Below are positions 17,077-24,512 of a stretch of DNA of 64,000 nt, in pieces. The notes below the pieces were generated by a model that saw nothing but the letters and a program-made list of their open reading frames with translations, was not told the DNA's origin and did not search any database. Both the position numbers and the translations under genes were made by a program. Each line of letters starts with the position of its first letter. Position 1 is the first letter of the stretch. This stretch comes from a virus, in IMG/VR virus record IMGVR_UViG_3300042691_021691, positions 1 to 64,000 of that record, one strand, 5' to 3'.

Positions 17077-17151
17077 AGTCTCTTAGCTCAGTCTGGTTAG
17101 AGCGTCCGTCTGATACACGGAAGGTCCGGGGTTCAACTCCCTGAGGGACTA
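17077..17151 (+). tRNA. tRNA-Ile(GAT)
   Basis: Loop CTGATAC. Confidence 0.92.
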
Positions 17152-17171
17152 TATAATTATTAGGAGAATAT

Positions 17172-17279
17172 ATGGCAGAAGTATTGACAAAGTGTAAAGA
17201 CTGTGGTAATATACAAAAGGGTGCTGCACCGCCTTGCGATAGATGTCAAGGAATGAGATTAGAGATGTTTAAAAAGTAG
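17172..17279 (+). CDS. Small zinc-ribbon peptide (35 aa)
   Basis: AGGAG RBS; MAEVLTKCKDCGNIQKGAAPPCDRCQGMRLEMFKK. Confidence 0.7.
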   Translation: MAEVLTKCKDCGNIQKGAAPPCDRCQGMRLEMFKK

Positions 17280-17286
17280 TATTTTT

Positions 17287-17361
17287 CGGAGAATAGCTCA
17301 GTCCGGCTAGAGCACTCGCTTTGGGAGCGAGGGGTCGCAGGTTCGAATCCTGTTTCTCCGA
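17287..17361 (+). tRNA. tRNA-Pro(TGG)
   Basis: Loop TTTGGGA. Confidence 0.95.
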
Positions 17362-17368
17362 CTTATAT

Positions 17369-17443
17369 ACCCTCGTAGCTCAGTTGGATTAGAGCAACAG
17401 CCTTCTAAGCTGTGGGTCAGAGGTTCGAATCCTCTCGGGGGTG
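17369..17443 (+). tRNA. tRNA-Arg(TCT)
   Basis: Loop CTTCTAA. Confidence 0.95.
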
Positions 17444-17455
17444 CTAAGTTTTTTC

Positions 17456-17530
17456 GGATGGGTGGCAGAGAGGTCCAATGCAAGAGTCTGCAAAACTCTA
17501 AAGCCGCCGGTTCGAATCCGGCCTCATCCT
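17456..17530 (+). tRNA. tRNA-Cys(GCA)
   Basis: Loop CTGCAAA, U73. Confidence 0.92.
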
Positions 17531-17553
17531 TTATTATTAGCTAGGAGATATTT

Positions 17554-17739
17554 ATGTGGGTGTTAAAATTAAATGAAACGGCACAGGGATATTTTGACGA
17601 TGTAACTGAGGCTAAGGTTCATGCAGAAAAGATGTTTGGAATGTTGGAATTTAATACTATGGTGGGAGATAAATATAGTGCATTAATTCCAAATAGAGGG
17701 AATACAACGGTTACAATTGAATTTGAAGAAGATTGCTAG
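17554..17739 (+). CDS. Hypothetical protein
   Basis: AGGAG RBS; TAG stop inside tRNA-Thr. Confidence 0.65.
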   Translation: MWVLKLNETAQGYFDDVTEAKVHAEKMFGMLEFNTMVGDKYSALIPNRGNTTVTIEFEEDC

Positions 17740-17807
17740 CATAGCTCAGTTGGTAGAGCAGCTGATTTGTAATCAGCAGGTCGTCGGTTCAAACCCGTCT
17801 GCTAGCT
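17735..17807 (+). tRNA. tRNA-Thr(TGT)
   Basis: Loop TTTGTAA. Confidence 0.95.
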
Positions 17808-17812
17808 CTAGT

Positions 17813-17890
17813 GGTGGTCGTAGCTCAATCGGTTAGAGCATCGGATTGTGGTTCCGAGGGTTGCGAGTTCGATTCTCGTCGATCACCCCA
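17813..17890 (+). tRNA. tRNA-His(GTG)
   Basis: G-1, loop TTGTGGT, C73, encoded CCA. Confidence 0.95.
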
Positions 17891-17921
17891 GTGAAATTAT
17901 TTAAACTAAAAAGAGGTTATT

Positions 17922-18176
17922 ATGTTATCTAATATTAGTCCAAACGACAAGCTTAAATTAGAAAACGCATTGAAGGATTATAGCGTTTCTCTTACACGAG
18001 TAGAGGCGGAACGAGATCTTCAAAAGAATATTAAAAATGATATTTGCGAAGAATTGCAATTAAATAAAAAGGTGTTTGTGAAGTTGGCAAACACATATCA
18101 TAAACAAAACTTTTCGGAAGAAGTGCAGTTGCATGAGGAATTCGAAAATCTTTATGAATCCGTAACCACCTCTTGA
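17922..18176 (+). CDS. T4 DsbA-like dsDNA-binding protein
   Basis: LNKKVFVKLANTYHKQNFSEE...FENLYE pattern, 84 aa. Confidence 0.7.
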   Translation: MLSNISPNDKLKLENALKDYSVSLTRVEAERDLQKNIKNDICEELQLNKKVFVKLANTYHKQNFSEEVQLHEEFENLYESVTTS

Positions 18177-18201
18177 CAGTTTAATAACTTCAGATTATAT
18201 T
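18173..18201 (+). promoter_or_regulatory. sigma70-like promoter
   Basis: TTGACA-17nt-TATATT. Confidence 0.7.
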
Positions 18202-18206
18202 TATAA

Positions 18207-18338
18207 AATTGCGATAAGTTCTAGTCATTCCATATCGTCTATAGCGAGTTGCTGGGATGGCGTTTGAAGAACAACAAAGGATGCATACGCAGGTTGAAAT
18301 ACCATAAGAGCGGATTTGCCCGAACCGCTATCGCAATT
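18207..18338 (+). ncRNA. Unassigned structured RNA (~130 nt)
   Basis: Perfect 10-bp closing stem AATTGCGATA/TATCGCAATT directly after a promoter; internal hairpins. Confidence 0.6.
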
Positions 18339-18342
18339 ATAT

Positions 18343-18414
18343 GCCGCTTTCGTCTATCGGTTAGGACATAGCCCTTTCAAGGCTAGAAGGCGAGTTCGAT
18401 TCTCGCAAGCGGTA
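18343..18414 (+). tRNA. tRNA-Glu(TTC)
   Basis: Loop CTTTCAA; TCGTCTA D-arm. Confidence 0.92.
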
Positions 18415-18417
18415 CTA

Positions 18418-18553
18418 TGGGTAAGGCTTCACATACGGTGAAAATGAATTTGGATGCAAGATAACAGACAAACTCCTTGTGAGACATTCGACGGAATGAG
18501 TGCTGCAACTTGCTAGAACCATTAGTAATTAGTAACGCTGAAGTGTCTGCCCA
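18418..18553 (+). ncRNA. Unassigned structured RNA (~135 nt)
   Basis: TGGGTA..GCTTCA/TGAAGT..TGCCCA closing stem; GCAAG/CTTGC; CATTC-GACG-GAATG. Confidence 0.45.
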
Positions 18554-18577
18554 CCATCATATTGATAGGAGTATGCA

Positions 18578-18670
18578 ATGCCACATCCAAAAAAGTGCGG
18601 AAAGGGTCGGCGTAAAGTTGGCTCAAAGAAGCGCAGAAATCGTTGGAAAAATAGAAAGCGTAATCATTAA
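18578..18670 (+). CDS. 30-aa highly basic peptide (ribosome/RNA-binding candidate)
   Basis: AGGAG RBS; MPHPKKCGKGRRKVGSKKRRNRWKNRKRNH. Confidence 0.7.
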   Translation: MPHPKKCGKGRRKVGSKKRRNRWKNRKRNH

Positions 18671-18683
18671 TCCCGTCTGCTTC

Positions 18684-18844
18684 ATAGAGGCTGCTGACGT
18701 TAAACAACGAACTCTATCGTTAGTCTATCGGCGCGTGGATAGAAGCTTGGCAACGTGTCGGATGTTGCAAAAGGATAGAGGGAGCGGGTCTAGACCGTGC
18801 GACATCCTTGGGTATCTGGAAAATACCTCAATTGTCTCCCTTCT
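18684..18844 (+). ncRNA. Pseudoknotted structured RNA
   Basis: GGATGTTGCA/TGCGACATCC crossing AGAGGGAG/CTCCCTTCT; upstream hairpins. Confidence 0.45.
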
Positions 18845-18846
18845 AC

Positions 18847-18917
18847 TGCCCTCTCGTATAAAGGCAATACAGCTGACTTTGGATCAGCGAATCGTGGTTC
18901 GATTCCATGGAGGGCAA
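18847..18917 (+). tRNA. tRNA-Gln(TTG)
   Basis: Loop CTTTGGA, U1-A72. Confidence 0.92.
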
Positions 18918-18953
18918 CTGCAGTAATCATTTAAAATTCAAAAGAGGTATACA

Positions 18954-19115
18954 ATGTTTAAATTTTTAGCAATTCTATCGTTAGCAACCGTTACCGCATG
19001 CACAACCACAGACAAGCCTGATACTGTTCAAGGTGGTGGCGGTGGAGTTACCGATACCACCAGCGGTGGAGATAAGGCAGTAATCAAGGCAGATTCAACC
19101 GTTAAGATGCACTAA
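18954..19115 (+). CDS. Small lipoprotein (53 aa)
   Basis: MFKFLAILSLATVTAC lipobox; GAGG RBS. Confidence 0.7.
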   Translation: MFKFLAILSLATVTACTTTDKPDTVQGGGGGVTDTTSGGDKAVIKADSTVKMH

Positions 19116-19120
19116 AATTT

Positions 19121-19147
19121 ATGTGGTTGTGCTTGCAACCACATCTT
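19121..19147 (+). terminator. Hairpin (terminator or processing stem)
   Basis: ATGTGGTTGT-GCTT-GCAACCACAT. Confidence 0.45.
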
Positions 19148-19218
19148 GCGGTTCTAGTGTAATAGATAGCACATCTGGTTTCCAACTAGAAAGTCCGGTG
19201 CAACTCCGAGGAACCGCT
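19148..19218 (+). tRNA. tRNA-Gly(TCC), atypical second copy
   Basis: GCGGTTC/GAACCGC acceptor, loop TTTCCAA, no D-loop GG, TGC in T-loop. Confidence 0.75.
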
Positions 19219-19232
19219 CTTAGTTATTTGAT

Positions 19233-19551
19233 AATATGCAGAAGATGATACGTGACTGAATGCCTCGTTCTTCGGGGGCACGGTATTTCCTAGAGCGCAC
19301 TGTTAGGGAAGTCTAAGTAGGGTTGTGGAATTATAAGTCAGGAAGGAATCATGGGAGGTGTAGCGCCATGAGGAGCGCCAACTGGTCGGTAGCTTACATT
19401 CGCGAGAAGACGGCTGGTATGTGGGTAAATTCCCACCTTGGGTCCAAGTGACAACTATACGAGTAGCTACCGTATAGCCAAGTGGATGAATAATAAAACT
19501 ACAACGGAAAGGTATGGGATTCGCATTCCCATCGTATCATCTTCTCATATT
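19233..19551 (+). ncRNA. Unassigned large structured RNA (~320 nt)
   Basis: 13-bp perfect stem AGAAGATGATACG/CGTATCATCTTCT plus AATATG/CATATT; at least 6 internal hairpins; T-arm-like hairpin at the 3' end. Confidence 0.65.
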
Positions 19552-19558
19552 GTATTGC

Positions 19559-19630
19559 CGCAGGGTAGAGCAACGGTAGCTCGCTTGGCTCATAACCAAG
19601 AGGTAGTGGGTTCGACTCCCACCTCTGCCA
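19559..19630 (+). tRNA. tRNA-Met(CAT), initiator-like
   Basis: C1 mismatch, CGCAGGGTAGAGCA start, loop CTCATAA. Confidence 0.85.
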
Positions 19631-19647
19631 TTAAATAAGGAGTATAA

Positions 19648-20292
19648 ATGGTATCAATCAAAGTTTATATTAGTGGAAACGAATTTTCCAGTCCATGGGT
19701 ATCCAATTGGACTGGAACTTTATCTTTAATATCTAATCTGCCGCCAAATCAATTAAAATTTAATTATAAATTTATCAATGAAAAAGATAAATTTTTGGAA
19801 ACTAATCTGGCAATTGCACAAGACGCAGAAGAATTACAAAGTCTTGATTGGTTGGTATTTTTAAGTAATGAAATTTTGTGGCCTGCTGATAGTTTTCTGC
19901 GACTAATAAAAAATGGTTCGTATGATGCTATCAGCGGATGGCATTTAAATGAAAGTAATACTACTGATATAATCGAGCGATTGGATACGACATTACTACA
20001 TAGAAATAATGCTATTAATTATATGTCGCCCGATGAGATTGTTAAGAAACCGCTACCGTTTAAAGTGGAATATACAAACATGAATTTCTTTGCGGTAAAA
20101 GCAAATACGTTTTCTCAACTTACTCAACCATATTTTAAACAAGTTATTTTAGAAGAAACTACCTCAATTTCTAATAATAGTGTAATAGTTCCTTGGTATT
20201 ATTCATTTTGCAATAGATTGAATGCGATTGGAAAGGAAATATTTGTAGATCCTATGATTAGAGTTTCCAAGATTTCTAGATCATTACTATAG
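19648..20292 (+). CDS. GT-A-like hypothetical protein
   Basis: WLVFLSNEILW...ISGW...FCNRL...IFVDP pattern seen in phage GT2-like proteins. Confidence 0.5.
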   Translation: MVSIKVYISGNEFSSPWVSNWTGTLSLISNLPPNQLKFNYKFINEKDKFLETNLAIAQDAEELQSLDWLVFLSNEILWPADSFLRLIKNGSYDAISGWHLNESNTTDIIERLDTTLLHRNNAINYMSPDEIVKKPLPFKVEYTNMNFFAVKANTFSQLTQPYFKQVILEETTSISNNSVIVPWYYSFCNRLNAIGKEIFVDPMIRVSKISRSLL

Positions 20293-20311
20293 ACTTTTGA
20301 ATAGTGCCATT

Positions 20312-20367
20312 ATATTTATTAGTGTATTCCAAACGGTTATGTTGAACGTAACAATAACCGTTTGGAG
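20312..20367 (+). promoter_or_regulatory. ATATTTAT motif plus long 5' hairpin
   Basis: TTCCAAACGGTTAT/ATAACCGTTTGGAG inverted repeat overlapping the RBS of 20376. Confidence 0.5.
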
Positions 20368-20375
20368 TTTTTATT

Positions 20376-20570
20376 ATGGAGACAAAATGTAAAAGATTTT
20401 GCTCGGATAAAATTTGTGCAATGTTATTTGGATTGGGATTTTTAACTGGTCATTGTATAACCGGGCATGGACATGTTTCTATGTATTGCGTAGTTATTGG
20501 TATGATATCGATTGGCGCGTTTTACCTATCTACAAAAATAACGGAAAAATTGTTTCTTAAGCGGTTTTAA
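20376..20570 (+). CDS. Small membrane protein
   Basis: Two TMs. Confidence 0.55.
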   Translation: METKCKRFCSDKICAMLFGLGFLTGHCITGHGHVSMYCVVIGMISIGAFYLSTKITEKLFLKRF

Positions 20571-20597
20571 AAACATTTTTCAGTAGATAATAATCAT

Positions 20598-20927
20598 ATG
20601 GATATAATATCATTTTTATCAAAAGAAGCACCATTAGCAGGCATGATTGCGGTTATTGGTGGTATTATATTAAAAATAATAGAAAAAAAGATAACCAATC
20701 CAACGGATGAAATTAATTCTAGTATTGCACTGAGAAAAGAATTGCGAGAGGAATTGGATTCAGTTATCGAACGCCTTAGTGAATTGCAAAATGAGGTTAA
20801 TGAATGGCGAGAAAAATACTACACACAGTTACAAATAACTTCAGAATTAAAAATAGAAATCGCTGTATTGAGAGAAAAATTGGAAGGTAAACTAATGGAT
20901 ATGGAAAATGGCTGCGAGCAACAGTAA
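20598..20927 (+). CDS. TM-anchored coiled-coil protein
   Basis: N-terminal TM plus heptads. Confidence 0.65.
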   Translation: MDIISFLSKEAPLAGMIAVIGGIILKIIEKKITNPTDEINSSIALRKELREELDSVIERLSELQNEVNEWREKYYTQLQITSELKIEIAVLREKLEGKLMDMENGCEQQ

Positions 20928-21234
20928 TACTGTGTATTCCATAACCGTTATAGATTTACGGTGCGATGACGTATTGGGATTCAGAAGAACGCCGGGAATT
21001 TTTACTAAATTAGAAGATGCGGTATTCGCCGTAAAGAATAATTTAAATGATTTGTCTGACGATAGCACATATCAATATGCAGTGATAGAAAAAACCGAAC
21101 TTAATGTTATACGTCCAAATTTAGAAAGTAAATCTATGCAATGGTGGTTTAGATTTAACTCGTCGTCGGGCGAATTTGTAGAAACAAGAAAGCCAATGAT
21201 ATTTTTACAGCAAACTGGATTCGGTATAGGATAA
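20908..21234 (+). CDS. Hypothetical phage protein
   Basis: 108-aa ORF ending GFGIG. Confidence 0.6.
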   Translation: MAASNSNTVYSITVIDLRCDDVLGFRRTPGIFTKLEDAVFAVKNNLNDLSDDSTYQYAVIEKTELNVIRPNLESKSMQWWFRFNSSSGEFVETRKPMIFLQQTGFGIG

Positions 21235-22776
21235 TTTAGAGAAGAAAAATCCGTCTACATACATTCCATTGATTGGTAGAGTTTCGTATAATTTAAACGC
21301 ATCTGTATATGTAGATACTAAAGGTTGTCCCTGTATGTTGAACGAAGTGTTCACCAATACAGGGATTTTATTTTTCTGTTCTAAAATAGTTAGAACTTTG
21401 TATAGAAACGGATTTTGCTCTTCTGTTATGGTTTGCACCCGTGCTGTGTCGTCCAAGTGAAGTATCCCTCGTAACATTTCTTTATATTCACTTCGTATTG
21501 TTGGGGAAAAATTCATAGTCGGACAGGGAACATCCCAGTCAAAATACCGATGTAAATCTTGCAGCCGAATTAGTGGAGCTACCGGTCTGAACCATTCTCT
21601 AAATTTTATTTCGAAGTTTATCTTATCTTTTATATTTAAATTTGTAGCTAAGGATATAAAGCTGCGATTGCCAAGTGCTCTGGGACCATGCTCAGATCGC
21701 CCTTGAAAAATTCCAACTACGCAATCATCCATTGTTAATATTTCTGCAAGATCTTCTTCTGAAATAGTTTTACCATTGTATTTTTTAACATACATGGGTA
21801 ACATATATTCGTCATATGCGTTTGCCCCCATATATCTAAGATCGATTGGCGATTTAGGTTTGATGTGCGATAACATCATACCCGATGAAATTCCGCAGTC
21901 AGATGGATTTGGTGCGATATACACGGGTAAGTTGTATTTATTTTTTATTTTGGTGTTTAGTGTTATATTTAATGCACACCCACCCGTAAGACATATTGGT
22001 AATTTATGTTCTAGAATGTGAGGCTCGGCATATTTAAAAAATAAATCTTCGAATACATGTTGATTCGTTGCACTTAAATTTCTAAAATATTGCGAATCGG
22101 TCATTCCTAGTAATTTATTTCCAAATGTTCTTTTGTGATGTACATACCATTCTTCATTAGGTTTATTTACATAGGTATATAAATTTGTAATTTCTGGAAT
22201 CATATCTTCTTGCACAGTTCCTAGTGAAGAATATGCCATTAGTTTACCGGGCAACCCCATAAAATCTAAATACTCACCGAGATTATTAGGATTAGAATTT
22301 ACTTCTGGTGTATATACTCCTATATAGAAATACATACCCAAATTTATTTCATATGTGGTGTAGATTAGTCTTACACCAGACGATCTATCGGCTAAATAAA
22401 TATTGAAATATCCATCATCGCCACCGCCATCATATGAAATTATAAGAGCAGTCTCAAACGGAGATTGATAAAATGTACCAGACGCATGTGAATAATGATG
22501 TTCTATAATTTTTAAATTTTTATATTTAAAATACTTATCAATTTGAAATGCATTTATTGCATTCTTTGTGGTCAATAGCGTATCATATTCGGTGAATTTA
22601 TACTTTGATTCAATATAATTTACTATAGTTTTTAAATCTCGCTCTGGGTTTATATGCAGAGAATAATTTTTTATTCCAAACAGTCTTTCCAATTCAATTA
22701 TCTCTAATATTTCGTTATTTAATTCTAATGTTATACTGGCGTTGTGACTTTCGTGTATAGAAATATTAGGCAACAT
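21205..22776 (-). CDS. Carbamoyltransferase (NodU/CmcH/TobZ family)
   Basis: EHHYSHA, DGGGD, GGCALN, EHGPRALGNRS, NTSFN. Confidence 0.92.
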   Translation of the reverse strand: MLPNISIHESHNASITLELNNEILEIIELERLFGIKNYSLHINPERDLKTIVNYIESKYKFTEYDTLLTTKNAINAFQIDKYFKYKNLKIIEHHYSHASGTFYQSPFETALIISYDGGGDDGYFNIYLADRSSGVRLIYTTYEINLGMYFYIGVYTPEVNSNPNNLGEYLDFMGLPGKLMAYSSLGTVQEDMIPEITNLYTYVNKPNEEWYVHHKRTFGNKLLGMTDSQYFRNLSATNQHVFEDLFFKYAEPHILEHKLPICLTGGCALNITLNTKIKNKYNLPVYIAPNPSDCGISSGMMLSHIKPKSPIDLRYMGANAYDEYMLPMYVKKYNGKTISEEDLAEILTMDDCVVGIFQGRSEHGPRALGNRSFISLATNLNIKDKINFEIKFREWFRPVAPLIRLQDLHRYFDWDVPCPTMNFSPTIRSEYKEMLRGILHLDDTARVQTITEEQNPFLYKVLTILEQKNKIPVLVNTSFNIQGQPLVSTYTDAFKLYETLPINGMYVDGFFFSKLSYTESSLL

Positions 22777-22833
22777 AATAGACCTTGCGTTTTGTAAGAT
22801 ATGATGGTATATTTATAAGTAATCTATCACAAG

Positions 22834-23271
22834 GTGGGAATAATGGATCTTATGAGTTTTCTTGCAGGAATAGTTATAATAGAATCTTTAATTTTAATTA
22901 CTATTTTACTGGTAATTTTAAAAATTTTATATGATATTTCTTTTATAAAGGGTGCATTTGTATCCAGCGTAACAGAAAAACTGCATAAACTTGAGCAGAT
23001 TGGCTTGGCTACAATGAAAGCATGTGAGACATTCGTAGACGCACTAGAAAATGCAATGCAAGGATCTCCAGAAAATATGCCACAAGTTTTTAGGACTGCC
23101 GATGGTAAGCATACAGCAACTTCTATCGAAGAATTTATAAAGAAATTGGAATCGGATCCCGAATATCAGAATTTGGCGGATACAATCAAGAATGATTTAG
23201 AAAACGCCATAAATACAGATGATGACGATGATGATGACGATGAATTTGATGTGGATGGGAAAAAATTCTAA
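22834..23271 (+). CDS. Membrane-anchored protein with acidic tail
   Basis: TM plus poly-Asp C-terminus. Confidence 0.65.
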   Translation: MGIMDLMSFLAGIVIIESLILITILLVILKILYDISFIKGAFVSSVTEKLHKLEQIGLATMKACETFVDALENAMQGSPENMPQVFRTADGKHTATSIEEFIKKLESDPEYQNLADTIKNDLENAINTDDDDDDDDEFDVDGKKF

Positions 23272-23384
23272 AAAACTAACATAACAAATTCGATTGTTAT
23301 ACTTATAAGTTAGACTAGTCTATATGTTACTAAAAAATACATTATGCCCCATTACACATATGGGGTACAGGCTCGCTTATACTT

Positions 23385-23762
23385 TTGTATAACTCTTATA
23401 AAAGAAAAAGTATGCAAAAAGAAAAAGAAAAGCTAGAGCATTTTAAAAATAAAACAGCACCAGGATGGAGTTCTTTACTAGATATCGTAAATAATATATT
23501 AGATATCTTTCCTGAAAGTGTATCTATTAAATCAATAGATAAAAAACATGGTATGCTAAGTATACAATTTAATTTACTTAGCGATCCCCACTTGACATAT
23601 TTACTAAATTCGCTATCTTACAAGATAGAACGGGATTCGGCACGTATTTGCAAAGTATGTGGTTCCCGTGGTATGCGTAGAAAATTATTAAATAATGACG
23701 TATACTGTTTTTCATGCTGGCTGGATGTCAGCAACAATAATATCTCGCAGGAGAGTACATAG
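23385..23762 (+). CDS. Hypothetical phage protein with C-terminal CxxC...CxxC
   Basis: PGW..L, KHGML, ICKVCG...YCFSC. Confidence 0.6.
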   Translation: MYNSYKRKSMQKEKEKLEHFKNKTAPGWSSLLDIVNNILDIFPESVSIKSIDKKHGMLSIQFNLLSDPHLTYLLNSLSYKIERDSARICKVCGSRGMRRKLLNNDVYCFSCWLDVSNNNISQEST

Positions 23763-24037
23763 TGTTTTGGACAAACGAAGATTTGAATGAAGTAGGAACG
23801 GTAGTAACCGAAGTTTTTGGTAAGCAAGGAAATATGGAAGTTAATTCGGTTTATTCTAATATTGTTATTTGGAATAAGACGTATGGGAAGCTTTGGTATG
23901 GCGATGTAGCTACACTAGAAGATCTTAAGGATAAGTGTGTGGCTTTGGCATCGAAGCTCTCAAAGGAAATTTGTGTATCGCATATGGATACAGATAATTT
24001 CTTTAATATGCCAAAGTATGTATTCTCTCAGATTTAA
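23762..24037 (+). CDS. Hypothetical protein
   Basis: AGGAG RBS; GKLWYGD. Confidence 0.6.
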   Translation: MFWTNEDLNEVGTVVTEVFGKQGNMEVNSVYSNIVIWNKTYGKLWYGDVATLEDLKDKCVALASKLSKEICVSHMDTDNFFNMPKYVFSQI

Positions 24038-24046
24038 AGCTACCCC

Positions 24047-24075
24047 TTGACAAAAAATATTTGTCGCATTAGCTT
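24047..24075 (+). promoter_or_regulatory. sigma70-like promoter
   Basis: CCCC-TTGACA-17nt-TAGCTT. Confidence 0.55.
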
Positions 24076-24144
24076 TAAAATGTAGTAAAAAATATACGTT
24101 AACACAAGGTTAACAAAAACAAACTATTAAATAGTGAGGAAGTT

Positions 24145-24423
24145 ATGTCAACTCGTATCAGCCGCAGCAATCGCGAAACTATGGTTCGCAAGGTAACAAA
24201 TTATGTTCGTAATCTCGCCAGCCGTCGTAGCTCTGGCGTAGTCACCGCAGATGACGTTCAGGCGTATCTCACCCGTCAGGGAATCAGCGCCCGTCAGATT
24301 CGCACCCGCCTTTCGTTTGTAAACTCAGTTCTCCGTGCACCTATGTTTGAGAGCACAGGAACAGTTTACTCCACCCGCCCAGAGGCAAAGGGTCGTGCAA
24401 TCTCTGCCTGGACGCTTGCGTAA
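24145..24423 (+). CDS. Small basic protein, probable winged-helix nucleic-acid binder
   Basis: Arg-rich; VTADDVQAYL; distinct codon usage; own promoter and terminator. Confidence 0.7.
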   Translation: MSTRISRSNRETMVRKVTNYVRNLASRRSSGVVTADDVQAYLTRQGISARQIRTRLSFVNSVLRAPMFESTGTVYSTRPEAKGRAISAWTLA

Positions 24424-24450
24424 TTAAAATCGAAGGCTCCAGAAATAGTT

Positions 24451-24483
24451 ACGGGAAAGGGTGTTAGCTCTTTCCCGTTTCTA
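24451..24483 (+). terminator. Rho-independent terminator
   Basis: ACGGGAAAGGGT/GCTCTTTCCCGT followed by a T-rich tail. Confidence 0.7.
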
Positions 24484-24512
24484 TTTATTAGTAACTTAAA
24501 CTGGAGATACTT

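Noticed and set aside
18510-18926. 138-aa ORF (also 19438-19638, 10075-10317 and 13747-13947)
   Set aside because: Weak starts, overlap with tRNAs or structured RNAs, and no protein-like features; a better RBS-led 30-aa ORF lies in another frame at 18578.
19233-19551. RNase P RNA, group I intron or second tmRNA identity
   Set aside because: No GAGGAAAGUCC/P4 partner, no group I P7 consensus, and no Ala acceptor end or tag ORF.
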